A stretch of DNA of 61,125 nucleotides, counting the filler, from Sandaracinaceae bacterium (GTDB lineage: Bacteria > Myxococcota_A > Polyangia > Polyangiales > JADJQN01): assembly GCA_947483975.1 (NCBI GenBank). It is 11 parts of 11 records of this genome, joined end to end, with 100 filler letters (N's around TTAATTAATTAA, not from the genome) between each part and the next. Parts side by side here need not be neighbours in the genome. Positions count along the whole stretch, not along the records: positions 39,222 to 44,637 come from CANKOL010000354.1; positions 44,738 to 50,141 come from CANKOL010000355.1; 9 more parts are not named here. One strand, written 5' to 3'. The position numbers were made by a program, and so were the translations under genes. This document shows positions 39,483 through 49,043 of the stretch, in pieces. The notes beneath the pieces are model-generated. The model worked only from the letters and a program-made list of their open reading frames with translations, ran no database searches and was not told the origin of the DNA. Positions within the stretch are counted from its first letter, which is position 1; the number at the start of each line of letters is the position of its first letter.

Positions 39483-40345
39483 GCCGCCCGCAGGTACGAG
39501 AGCAGCGCGTCCTCGAACGGCACCTCGCCGCCCGCGAGCACGTAGCCGAAGCCGCGCTTCTTCGCGTAGCCGCGCGCACCCGCGAGGAACGCCGCGGCGC
39601 GCGCCCGGTACGCGGCGACGGCGCGCGCGTCGAGCGAGACCTCGACCTTCGTGCCGCGCTCGGAGTCGATCAGCTCGAGGTCGCCGCCCGGCGTCGGGTC
39701 GAGCTCCTCACGGTCGAGCACGTGAAAGATCGTCGGCTCGTGCCGCTCGCTCGCGAGCCGGTCGAGCGGGCGCTCGAACCCGTGTGGATCGAGCAGATCG
39801 CTGATCACCGCGACGAGCCCGGGGCGCGGCGAGCGCGCGAGGAACTGATCGACCGTGCGCGCGAGATCCGTCTCGCCGCTCGCCTCGAGCCCGTCGAGGT
39901 GCCGCAGGAGCGCGCCGACGCGGCGGCTCCCACGCGCGGGCGGCAAGCCGCGCTCGAGCCCGCTCGAGAACGGCACGACCGCGACGCGCTCGCTGCCCGT
40001 CAGCCCGAGGTAGCCGAGCGCCGCCGCGATGCGCTTGGCGACGTCGAGCTTCGACGGGGCGCCGAACGCGAGCGAGCGGCTCGTGTCGACGAGCAGATAG
40101 AGCGTGAGGTCCTCCTCCGCGACGTAGAGGCGCAGCACCAATTCTTCGAGGCGCGCGTAGGCGTTCCAGTCGATTCGCCGCACATCGTCACCCGCGTAGT
40201 ACGGGCGATGATCGGCAAACTCCGCGCTCGAGCCGCGGCGCATCGAGCGCCGAGCGCCGCCCGCCGACCCGGCGAAGCGCTTCCGCGCGACGACGCGAAG
40301 CCGCGCCAATCGCCTGAGAAAGTCAGGCTCGAGGAGCGAGCTCAA
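39479..40345 (-). CDS. DUF58 family (MoxR-associated vWA-like) protein
   Basis: G.SAEFADHRPY..GDD.RRIDWNAYAR, DTSRS, ISDL. Confidence 0.92.
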   Translation of the reverse strand: MSSLLEPDFLRRLARLRVVARKRFAGSAGGARRSMRRGSSAEFADHRPYYAGDDVRRIDWNAYARLEELVLRLYVAEEDLTLYLLVDTSRSLAFGAPSKLDVAKRIAAALGYLGLTGSERVAVVPFSSGLERGLPPARGSRRVGALLRHLDGLEASGETDLARTVDQFLARSPRPGLVAVISDLLDPHGFERPLDRLASERHEPTIFHVLDREELDPTPGGDLELIDSERGTKVEVSLDARAVAAYRARAAAFLAGARGYAKKRGFGYVLAGGEVPFEDALLSYLRAA

Positions 40346-42183
40346 GTCGGGCCCTTCGGCTCGTCGGGAGGCGCCGCCCACGCATCCGCAGGCGCGCCCG
40401 CCTCGACCTCGGCAGGCGGGCCTGCCTCGACCTGCGGCGGCGCGCTGCTGCGGCGTCCGGGCGGCACGCTGCGGCGCCGCTCCTCGATCAGGGCGGGCGG
40501 CGCGACGGCCGCCGCGGCGCGCGCCAGCTGCCGCGCCCGATGCGCCTCGACCGCCTGACGCACGGTCCGGACGCGCAGCTCCGTCAGCGCCCAGAACACG
40601 ACGGCGAGCGCGCCGTAGAGCAGCGTCGGCACGAACACCTCCGCGGCGTGCCAGAGCGGCATATTCTCGCTCGCGAGGTCGATCGAGAGGATCGTCGGCG
40701 CGAGCGGAGAGAGCCGGATCACGAAGGGGATCGCGTCGTCGAGCTTGTCGATGAAGTCCGGGTCGAGGATCAGCTGCCCGAGGAAGGGCACGACCGCGAG
40801 CGCGAGGAACACGGCGATGGTGAGCACGCGCGCGGCCAGCCCGTTGCGCAGCAGCGTGCGCAGCCACGCGCTCGCGCTCGCCATGCACAGCGCGATCGCG
40901 GTGTTGCCGAGGAAGAGCACGACCAGCGCGGCGTCGTATTGCGTGTGTTCGTTGTAGGTCGGATCGAACGCCCAGCGGACGCCCGCCGGGAGCGCGGCGA
41001 AGCCGAACGAGAGCGCGAGCAGCGTCAGGAACGTGAAGCGCAGCGTCGGCGCGGCGCCCGGTCCGACGAGGAGCCAGAGGCGCCCGAGCGGCCCCATCGT
41101 CGGCCGCCTCAGCTCGACGAGGCGCGGCGGCAGCGGCGGCTCATCCGAGAAGAGCAGCGCGTACGACGCGAGCGCGAGCCCACCGAGCGAGGCGATGACG
41201 ACGCCCCCGACGCCGCGGTCGCGCGGCCCGTCGAAGAGCACGATCGCCGTGAGCAAGATCAGCCAAGTGCCCGCGATGCCGACGAGCGCCCACACCTTCA
41301 TCGGCGTGCTGCGATCCTCGGCCGCCGGGCGCACCGCGGCGACGCTCGACGCGAGCAAGAACCACGTCGGCATCAGGCAGAGGTACGTCGGCAGCAGCAC
41401 CACGAGCCCGAAGGTGTCGAGCTTGAAGAAGCGCACGACGAGCGCGTCCGTGAACCAGAACGGGCCCGCCATGCCCGTGCCCCACGCGTCGCGCGCCGCC
41501 TCGCCGAGCCCCGTCACGGTGCCCACGACGCAGCAGGCGATGACGAAGAAGACCGGCGACGCGAGCAGGATCGCGATGCGCGTCGAGCTCAGGCGCGCGC
41601 TGATCGCGATGCCGAACGCGATCGCCGGACCGAGCGCGTAGAACAGCCCGATGTAGCCGGTGACGACGTGCCACGGGGAGATCCCGCCGAACAGAAACGC
41701 GATGCCGACGACAGGCGCGAGCGCGACGAGCACGAGCCCGAACGACGCGTACGCCGCGACGAATTTGCCCCAGACGATGCTGCCCGGGGACATCCCGCTC
41801 AAGATCAGCGACTCGTAGGTGCCGGTCTCTTTCTCGCCGGTGAGCGCGGTCGCCGCGTAGCCCGGGGCGACGAGCGTGATCACCAAGAGGGCCATGGAGA
41901 AGAAGATCTGAAACACGATCTGCCCGACGTCCGCCGGCGCGACGGGACCCGCCGCGGTGATCGCGCCGCCCGCGAGCACGACGACGCCGACGGCGCCCGT
42001 CGAGAGGTACAGAAAGCGGATGAAGAGGCTCGTGCGGAAGATCGCGCGCAGCTCGCGCACGAGGATCGGGTTCGGGTCGGCGACGAGGCGCACCAGCCAC
42101 GCGAGGAGCGGCGCGCGAGGGGGTGGCGCGACGAGGTTCACTGGCGCCGGCGCGGGGGCGGGCGCGGGCTGAGCGGCGTTCAC
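40342..42183 (-). CDS. ABC-2 type permease-like multi-pass membrane protein
   Basis: NPILVRELR, EKETGTYESL.LS......IVWGKF; many TM helices. Confidence 0.85.
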   Translation of the reverse strand: MNAAQPAPAPAPAPVNLVAPPPRAPLLAWLVRLVADPNPILVRELRAIFRTSLFIRFLYLSTGAVGVVVLAGGAITAAGPVAPADVGQIVFQIFFSMALLVITLVAPGYAATALTGEKETGTYESLILSGMSPGSIVWGKFVAAYASFGLVLVALAPVVGIAFLFGGISPWHVVTGYIGLFYALGPAIAFGIAISARLSSTRIAILLASPVFFVIACCVVGTVTGLGEAARDAWGTGMAGPFWFTDALVVRFFKLDTFGLVVLLPTYLCLMPTWFLLASSVAAVRPAAEDRSTPMKVWALVGIAGTWLILLTAIVLFDGPRDRGVGGVVIASLGGLALASYALLFSDEPPLPPRLVELRRPTMGPLGRLWLLVGPGAAPTLRFTFLTLLALSFGFAALPAGVRWAFDPTYNEHTQYDAALVVLFLGNTAIALCMASASAWLRTLLRNGLAARVLTIAVFLALAVVPFLGQLILDPDFIDKLDDAIPFVIRLSPLAPTILSIDLASENMPLWHAAEVFVPTLLYGALAVVFWALTELRVRTVRQAVEAHRARQLARAAAAVAPPALIEERRRSVPPGRRSSAPPQVEAGPPAEVEAGAPADAWAAPPDEPKGPT

Positions 42184-43106
42184 TGGAGCTCTCCTCGCGT
42201 GACTTCGAGGAAGATCCGCTCGAGGTCGTTTTGCTCCGGCTCGACGCGCGTCACCGCGAGCCCCGCGCCGACCGCCTTCGCGACGAGCGCGGCGATCACC
42301 TCGTCGCCGCCCGAGTAGCCGATGGCGAGGTCGTTGCCGCTGCGCTCGATCTCGAGCACGCCCGGGACGGAGCGGAACACCTCCTCGCAGTGCTCGGGCG
42401 CGTGCAGCAAGCGAATCCGCGCGCCGCGATCCGGCCGCAGCTGCCTGCCGATCTCGCCGACGAGGCCGTTCGCGAGGACGCGCCCGCGCTCGAGGATGAC
42501 GACCGAGGTCACCATATCGCTGAGCTCCGTGAGGATGTGCGACGAGAGCACGATGGTCTTGCCGAGGCGCTGCAGCTCCTCGATCAGCTGCCGCATCTCG
42601 ATGCGCGCGCGCGGATCGAGCCCGTTCGCCGGCTCATCGAGCACGAGCACCTGCGGGTCGTGCAGCAGCGTTCGCGCGATCGCGAGCCGCTGCTTCATGC
42701 CCTTCGACATATCCGAGACGAGCTTGTCGCGGATCTGCCCGAGCTCCGTCAGGTCCATCACCGCCTTGACCGTGCGCGCGCGCGCGCCGAGGTGAACGCC
42801 GTGCGCGGCGGCGAAGAACTCGAGGTACTCGGTGACGGTCACGCGCTCGTAGACACCGAACGAGTCCGGCATGAAGCCGATCAGCCGCCGCACCTCGGCG
42901 GGCCGCTCGACGACGTCGATCCCGTCGATGAGGATGCGCCCGTCGTCCGGCTCGAGCAGCGTGACCATCATGCGGATGGTCGTCGTCTTGCCCGCGCCGT
43001 TCGGCCCGATGAAGCCGAAGATCTCGCCGCGCGGGACGTGAAACCAGACGTCGCGCAGCACCTCGAAGGCGCCGAAGCGATGCGAGAGCCCCTCGACGCG
43101 GATCAT
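42180..43106 (-). CDS. ABC transporter ATP-binding protein
   Basis: GPNGAGKTT, MSKGMKQRL, LDEP, SSH. Confidence 0.95.
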   Translation of the reverse strand: MIRVEGLSHRFGAFEVLRDVWFHVPRGEIFGFIGPNGAGKTTTIRMMVTLLEPDDGRILIDGIDVVERPAEVRRLIGFMPDSFGVYERVTVTEYLEFFAAAHGVHLGARARTVKAVMDLTELGQIRDKLVSDMSKGMKQRLAIARTLLHDPQVLVLDEPANGLDPRARIEMRQLIEELQRLGKTIVLSSHILTELSDMVTSVVILERGRVLANGLVGEIGRQLRPDRGARIRLLHAPEHCEEVFRSVPGVLEIERSGNDLAIGYSGGDEVIAALVAKAVGAGLAVTRVEPEQNDLERIFLEVTRGELQ

Positions 43107-44637
43107 GGCGCACCTCCGTCGACGGTGGACGCGGGCGGGGCGAAGGGGTCGACGGAGAGCGCCGGATCGAGCCCGCCGCCATCCCCGCCGCCGTCGGGCG
43201 GTTCGACCTTCTCGTCCATCAGGTCTTCGTTCTCCGCCGTCGACAGGGGCGGCGACTGCGGCGACGTCGGCGGCGGCGCGACCCCAAGCGCCGCGCCCGG
43301 CATCCGCGGCACCACGCGCAAGAAGCGAAAGTCCTCTTCGCGCGCGAAGAGCCCACCCGCGACCGCCTCTCGCGGCGCATCGACGCGGGCGAAGAGCGTC
43401 GGCAACGGCGGGGTCGCGAGGGAGCCCCCGCTCAGCGCGACGACGCCGAGGAGCACGTCGTCCTCCTCCCCCGCGACGAGCCCGAGATCGCGCGCGAGCG
43501 CCGTGATCGCTGGGTCGATCGCCGCTCCGCCGTAGTACCCGCCGGGGGCCGTGAGCGCGCCGTGCGCGGTCGTCGGGATCGCCGCGTGTCCGCCCGGGGG
43601 CACGCTCCCCACGACGAAGATGGCGCCGACGGCGTCGACGATGACCGCGCCGCGCAGCGCCTGCGCGGTGCCGTTGCGCACGAACGCGAGGCGGCGCCCA
43701 TCGCGCTCGAAGGTGATGCTGCCGTGCAGGTCCGCGATGCGGTCCTCGCGCGTGAAGAGCGTCTCCCAGAGGCGCCCGCGCACCTCGCGCAGGTGCGCGC
43801 CCTCGCCCGGATGCTCGGTCGTCGGCGGCACATCCCCCATCCCGCCCGGCACCATCGTGAGCGCCCCGCGCGCGGGCGCGTCGAGATCGAAGACGACCGG
43901 GCGCGTGAGAAAGAGCGACGTGTAGCGGCGCGAAGGCGCGAGCGACTCGCCCTCCATCGCCTCGCTGACCTCGATGCGCCGATAGCGCATCCGGATTCCC
44001 TTGCCGAGGTAGCCGACGCCGAGCATCAGCACGAGCCCGATGGCGGCGAGCACCGGCGTCGTCAAGAGCGCGAGCGTCGGCTTCCCGCGCTTGCCGATGA
44101 AGCGAAAATTCACGGGCCCGACGAGCACCACATAGAGCAGCAGCAGCACGGCCGCGATGGCGAGGCCCAGCTTGTAGTTCTCGTTCGGATCGAGGGCGAC
44201 GCGCAGCAGGCCAAAGCTCACGCCGTTGTTCGTCGCGCCGAAGTACGTGGCCTCGGTCTGCTGTTCCTCCTGTGCGCCGAAGCGCAGCAGCGGCTCGCTC
44301 ACGCCGGGCTCGACCGCGTCCGCCATGATCGCGCGCACGAGCTCGCGCGTCTCCGGCGCGACGGCGTTCGCCTGCGAGTTGGCGTCGAAGGAGGCCACGA
44401 ACACTCGCCCAAAGCCGAAAGGCCTGGAACACCCGAACTGCTCGACGCGCAGCCCCTCGCCGCAGCGCAGCGGCGCGCGGGACGCCTCGAGCGGGACGAG
44501 CGGTGAGCGCACCTCCGCGACCGACGCCGCAGCGCGCGAGACGTCGCCGATGAGCCCCCGCAGCTGCGCATCGCGCAGGTCCCCGTCGGCGTGCGGCACC
44601 ACGAGCACGCGTCCGCCCGCGCGCAGCCAGTCCTCGA
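43103..44637 (-). CDS. Membrane protein of MoxR/DUF58-type operons (5' truncated)
   Basis: W.RAGG..VV, FGFGRV, TM pair LLYVVLVGPVNF...RGK...L.TP. Confidence 0.7.
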
Positions 44638-44737
44638 NNNNNNNNNNNNNNNNNNNNNNNNNNNNNNNNNNNNNNNNNNNNTTAATTAATTAANNNNNNN
44701 NNNNNNNNNNNNNNNNNNNNNNNNNNNNNNNNNNNNN
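44638..44737. other. Artificial contig linker
   Basis: N44-TTAATTAATTAA-N44. Confidence 0.99.
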
Positions 44738-45607
44738 CGTCCGACGAACCACGTGGGCGTCGTCGCGACGGCGGTCGTCGACGGGACGACCGTGGTCGGC
44801 GGAGGCGACCACCGCGAGGTGCTCGAGGGGACGGAGCTCCCGGCGGGGAGCCGCATCGTCACGCCGGCCGCCGGCTCCGCGCGGCTCGCGCTCTCGACGG
44901 GCACCCGGCTGACGGTCGCCCCGCAGTCAGAGCTCGCGGTCGTCGAGGACGGCGCCGTGGAGATGTTCCGGCTGGAGCGCGGCGCGGTCCGCGCAGAGGT
45001 CGCGCACCTCCACGACGGCGAGCGCTTCGTCATCGGCACCCCCGACGCGGAGATCGAGGTGCACGGCACGGTCTTCGAGGTGCGCGTCGGCGAGCCCGAA
45101 GACGCCTGCGGAGGGACCCGAACGCAGGTCGTCGTCACCGAGGGTGTCGTCACGGTCCGGCACGGCAGCATGGTCGAGCGCTTGAGCGCTGGTGAGCGCT
45201 GGCCCCACGGCTGCGCCGCTCCGCGCCTCGAGGCGCGACGCGACGAGCCGAGAGGCCCGGGCGAGCGCTCCGCCGCACCGACCGCTGCACGCCGAGGTGG
45301 CGCGAGCGGAGTCGCCTCGCCCATGCCAGCGGGGCCGCAGACGGTCTCGCGGCTCACCGAGATGAACGACGCCTACGCGCACGCCGTGGCGCTGCGCCAG
45401 CGCGGGGACGTCTCGCTCGCCATCGTCGCGTTCGACGAATTCGCGAGCGACTACCGCGCGGGTCCGCTCGAGGAGAGCGCGCGGGTCGAGCACCTCCGCC
45501 TGCTGGTCACGGTGGACCGGAACCGCGCGCGCGCCGACGCCACGCGCTATCTGCGGGACTTCCCGAACGGCTTCGCTCGGGAGGAGGCCGCGCGGGTGCT
45601 CGAGTGA
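44738..45607 (+). CDS. FecR-domain protein with C-terminal TPR-like helices (anti-sigma type; 5' truncated)
   Basis: L.RG.V..EV, TPDA...VHGT.F.V, V.EG.V.V; C-terminal YLRDFPNG. Confidence 0.85.
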   Translation, partial: RPTNHVGVVATAVVDGTTVVGGGDHREVLEGTELPAGSRIVTPAAGSARLALSTGTRLTVAPQSELAVVEDGAVEMFRLERGAVRAEVAHLHDGERFVIGTPDAEIEVHGTVFEVRVGEPEDACGGTRTQVVVTEGVVTVRHGSMVERLSAGERWPHGCAAPRLEARRDEPRGPGERSAAPTAARRGGASGVASPMPAGPQTVSRLTEMNDAYAHAVALRQRGDVSLAIVAFDEFASDYRAGPLEESARVEHLRLLVTVDRNRARADATRYLRDFPNGFAREEAARVLE

Positions 45608-46260
45608 GCCCACGCGCGAGCCGATACCCCGCGCTCAGCGCCCTCGGCATCGCCGCGCTCGCCCTGACGCTCGGCGCGGCGGGCGCCGCTTGCCAGCACG
45701 CATTTCGGTTCGATCCTTCGGCCGACGCCGGCGCGGACACCCCACCTTCGAGGCCGCCTCCGTGCCTCGACGACACGGGCTGCGGGCTCGGCTCGCTGCA
45801 CTGCGAGGAGGCCTCAGGCGCGTGCGTCGAGTGCACGAGCGACCCCCATTGCGCCAGCGCCGGGCGCGCGCGCTGCGACCTCGCCACCAACCGCTGCGTC
45901 GAGTGCAGCGTCGACGCGGACTGCGGCGCCAATCGAAGCTGCGCGCTCACGGTGCGACGCTGCGTCGACCGCTGCGACCTGCTCACGGACTGCCCCACAG
46001 GCGCGGGCGAGTGCGAGCTCAGCGTCGGTCTCTGCGAGAGCTGCGACGTGCGCGCGGACTGCGCGAGCACGCCCGCGACGCCCGTCTGCGACGACGCGAC
46101 GCGCAGCTGTGTCGCCTGCGTGCGCGACCTCGACTGCCCCGCCGACGCGCCACGCTGCGACCGCCCGCGCGCGCGCTGCGTGAGCTGCCTCGCGTCGGAC
46201 GACTGCCCCGCGAGCGCCCCATGGTGCGACCCGGCGCTCGCCGCCTGCGTCGCCCGCTGA
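45604..46260 (+). CDS. Cys-rich lipoprotein (CVEC..D.DC repeats)
   Basis: GTGA overlap; lipobox GAAC; about six repeats of C.....CV.C..D.DC. Confidence 0.75.
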   Translation: MSPRASRYPALSALGIAALALTLGAAGAACQHAFRFDPSADAGADTPPSRPPPCLDDTGCGLGSLHCEEASGACVECTSDPHCASAGRARCDLATNRCVECSVDADCGANRSCALTVRRCVDRCDLLTDCPTGAGECELSVGLCESCDVRADCASTPATPVCDDATRSCVACVRDLDCPADAPRCDRPRARCVSCLASDDCPASAPWCDPALAACVAR

Positions 46261-46301
46261 GCGGCGACACCGCACGACGCGCATGCTAAATGCGCGGCCG
46301 G

Positions 46302-46610
46302 ATGAGCGACGCCGGTCCACCCGCAGCAGAGCGCGACGCCGGTCCACCCGCAGCAGAGCGCGACGCCGGTCCACCCGCAGCAGAGCGCGACGCCGGTCCA
46401 CCCGCAGCAGAGCGCGCCCGCGGGCACAAGCCGGCGCCGACCATCAGCGGACGCAAGCTCGTGCTCGTCTTTCTCGGGCTGCTGGTCGCCGCGCTGGCGG
46501 CGTACGGCGTGGTGCGTCGGCAGGTGTTCGCCGCGCGTGACGCCGACCGCGCCGCCGAGGCTGCGCGACGCGCCCGCAACGACACAGGCGCGCCAAACAC
46601 CGGCGACTGA
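46302..46610 (+). CDS. Small single-TM protein with DAGPPAAER repeats
   Basis: One hydrophobic helix LVLVFLGLLVAALAAYGVV after the repeat tract. Confidence 0.55.
   Translation: MSDAGPPAAERDAGPPAAERDAGPPAAERDAGPPAAERARGHKPAPTISGRKLVLVFLGLLVAALAAYGVVRRQVFAARDADRAAEAARRARNDTGAPNTGD
46308..46415 (+). repeat. 27-bp perfect tandem repeat x4
   Basis: gacgccggtccacccgcagcagagcgc at 46308, 46335, 46362 and 46389. Confidence 0.97.
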
Positions 46611-46657
46611 GCCGTCTCGCGTTTGTTCGGGCCGCGCGCGCGTGATATTGCCGCGCC

Positions 46658-47680
46658 ATGTCGACCGCGAATCTCCCCGTCCTCGAGCTCGTCCTCCGCA
46701 ATTACAAGAACTTCAACGCGCGCGCGACGCGCGACGCGCTGCTCGCGTACTGGCGACACATCGAAAGCGGCGGAAAGATGTTCTGGTCGGTCGCTGGCGC
46801 GATGTCGTCCGCGCAGCTCGGCATCACGCTCGCGCCGGCGATCCGCGCGGGGCTGATCCACGGAATGTCCGTCACGGGCGCGAACCTCGAGGAGTCGCTC
46901 TTTCGCCTCGTCGCGCACCACGGCTACAAGGACTTCCCGGACTATCGCTACTTCACGAAGCAGCACGACACGAAGATCCTCGAGGACCGGATGCGGCGCG
47001 TCACCGACACGAGCATCCCCGAGGACGAGGCGTTCCGCGCCGTCGAGAAGTTCATCGTGCCGATGTGGACCGAAGCGACCGCGAACGGCGACCGCTACTT
47101 CTGGCACGAGTACTTCTACTCGCTCGTACAGAAGGTCGGCCCGGAGCAATACGAGGGCAAGCCCGAGGAGTGCTGGCTGCTCGCCGCGGCGAAGGCGAAC
47201 CTGCCGATCGTCGTGCCGGGCTACGAGGACTCGACCTTCGGCAACATCTTCGCCTCCCACGTCAAGCTCGGGGAGTGCAACGCCAGCATCGCGAAGTCGG
47301 GTATCGAGTACATGGCGGCGTTCTACGACCAGTACAAAGAGCTCTCCTCGGGTGAGGGGATTGGCTTCTTCCAGATCGGCGGCGGCATCGCGGGGGATTT
47401 CCCCATCTGCGTCGTGCCGTCGATCAAATACGACCTCCAAGAGCCCGTGAAGCCCTGGGCGTATTTCTGCCAGATCTCGGACTCGACGACCTCGTATGGC
47501 TCGTATTCCGGTGCGACTCCCAACGAGAAGATCACCTGGGACAAGCTCACCGAGGAGACTCCGATGTTCGTCGTCGAGTCCGACGCGACCATCGTCGTGC
47601 CGCTCATCCTGAGCGCGCTGCTCGAGTGCAAGCAACACCCGGCGGAGGCGAACGCGCTCATCGCCGCTCACACGAAGTAG
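46658..47680 (+). CDS. Deoxyhypusine synthase family protein (likely polyamine/homospermidine synthesis)
   Basis: AGAMS, TGANLEE, DST.GN, IGGG, QISDSTTSYGSYSGA.PNEKITW.K, ESDAT...P. Confidence 0.9.
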   Translation: MSTANLPVLELVLRNYKNFNARATRDALLAYWRHIESGGKMFWSVAGAMSSAQLGITLAPAIRAGLIHGMSVTGANLEESLFRLVAHHGYKDFPDYRYFTKQHDTKILEDRMRRVTDTSIPEDEAFRAVEKFIVPMWTEATANGDRYFWHEYFYSLVQKVGPEQYEGKPEECWLLAAAKANLPIVVPGYEDSTFGNIFASHVKLGECNASIAKSGIEYMAAFYDQYKELSSGEGIGFFQIGGGIAGDFPICVVPSIKYDLQEPVKPWAYFCQISDSTTSYGSYSGATPNEKITWDKLTEETPMFVVESDATIVVPLILSALLECKQHPAEANALIAAHTK

Positions 47681-47681
47681 C

Positions 47682-49007
47682 GTGAAGCCCGGGACCTTGG
47701 CGGGCTGGGGTCGGCTCAGCCGCCCAGGGTCCGAGACGCTCACGACCGACCTCGAGTCGGCGACGCGCCGCGCCGTCCTGTGCCGCGGACTCGGGCGCTC
47801 GCAGGGCGACGCGTCGTTACCCGCGCGACCGGAGGACCGGATCGTCAGCACTTCGCTCGCCAAGCGCGTGCTCGCGTTCGACGACCAGACTGGCATTCTC
47901 CGGGCCGAGGCCGGCTTCAGCATCGCGGACCTGAATCGCCTGTTCGTCCCGCGAGGCTGGTTCTCGCCGGTGACGCCGGGGACGAAGTTCGTGACGCTCG
48001 GCGGGATGGTGTCGTGCGACGTACACGGCAAGAACCATCACCGCGACGGTTGCTTCGGTGCGCACGTGCGCGCGTTGCGCGTGCGCCTCGCGAACGACGA
48101 CCTCGTCGAGTGCAGTCCGGAGGAGCACGCGGACCTGTTCTTCGCCGTGATCGGCGGCCTGGGTCTGCTCGGGCACGTGCTGGAGGTCGAGGTCACGCTG
48201 CGGCGCATCCCGAGCGCCTGGGTGGTCACGCACAGCGAGCGAATCCCGAACATCGACGCGTTCGTCGCGGCCCTCGCGCGCGCTGCGCCCGAGTGGCCGA
48301 TGACGATGGGCTGGGTCGACGCGCTCAGTCGAGGGGACCGACTCGGCCGCGGCATCATGATCGCCAGCCGCTGGGCGACCCTCGAAGAGACGGCCTCACG
48401 CACGCTGCCGCGCACACGCGCGTATTCGCTGCCCTTCGAGCTGCCTACTTGGGTGCTCAATCCACTCTTCACGCGCGCGCTCAACAGCACCTATTATCGG
48501 CGCCACTCCGGCGGGCCGGAGACTGCCATCGTCACGGCAGAGAAGTACTTCTATCCGCTCGACTCCGTGCTGCACTGGAATCGCGCGTACGGCGCACGCG
48601 GCTTCACTCAATACCAGTGTGTACTCCCGCGGCGCGGCGGCCCGGAGGCGGTGCGCGCGCTTCTGCAGCAGGTGAGCGCGCTCGGTCTGGCTCCGCCGCT
48701 CTGCGGCATCAAGGATTACGGACCGGAGGGGCGCGGGCTGCTCTCGTTTCCGATGGAGGGCACGTCGGTCGCGATGGACCTCCCGGTGTCGCCGGACACG
48801 CAGCGCAGCGTCGAGCGCCTGAATGAGTTCGTGATCGAGGCGGGCGGGCGCGTGTACCTCGGCAAGGACTCCTTCACTCGCCCGGCGCAGTTTCGCGCGA
48901 TGGAGCCGCGACTGCCGCGCTTTCTCGAGGCGCGCGAAAAGTGGGACCCGCAGCGGCGCCTGCGCAGCGCGCTCTCGGTGCGGCTGTTCGGCGACCGGGC
49001 GAGCTAG
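47682..49007 (+). CDS. FAD-binding oxidoreductase, DprE1-like
   Basis: RGLGRS.GDA, PVTPGTKFVTLGG...DVHGKNHH, FYPLD....WNR.YG..GF.QYQ, GGRVYLGKD. Confidence 0.9.
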   Translation: MKPGTLAGWGRLSRPGSETLTTDLESATRRAVLCRGLGRSQGDASLPARPEDRIVSTSLAKRVLAFDDQTGILRAEAGFSIADLNRLFVPRGWFSPVTPGTKFVTLGGMVSCDVHGKNHHRDGCFGAHVRALRVRLANDDLVECSPEEHADLFFAVIGGLGLLGHVLEVEVTLRRIPSAWVVTHSERIPNIDAFVAALARAAPEWPMTMGWVDALSRGDRLGRGIMIASRWATLEETASRTLPRTRAYSLPFELPTWVLNPLFTRALNSTYYRRHSGGPETAIVTAEKYFYPLDSVLHWNRAYGARGFTQYQCVLPRRGGPEAVRALLQQVSALGLAPPLCGIKDYGPEGRGLLSFPMEGTSVAMDLPVSPDTQRSVERLNEFVIEAGGRVYLGKDSFTRPAQFRAMEPRLPRFLEAREKWDPQRRLRSALSVRLFGDRAS

Positions 49008-49043
49008 CGCGCTCGGCGCGGCGAGCCTGCAAGTCAGGGGGGC

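Noticed and set aside
46261..46281. 21-bp exact match (gcggcgacaccgcacgacgcg) to 12399-12419
   Set aside because: One copy is coding repeat and the other intergenic; with this CG-rich composition a single chance match is plausible, and no further copies were noticed.
46658..47680. Eukaryote-like hypusination system
   Set aside because: Bacterial DHS homologs are widespread and linked to polyamine synthesis; no eIF5A/EF-P or hydroxylase gene is adjacent.
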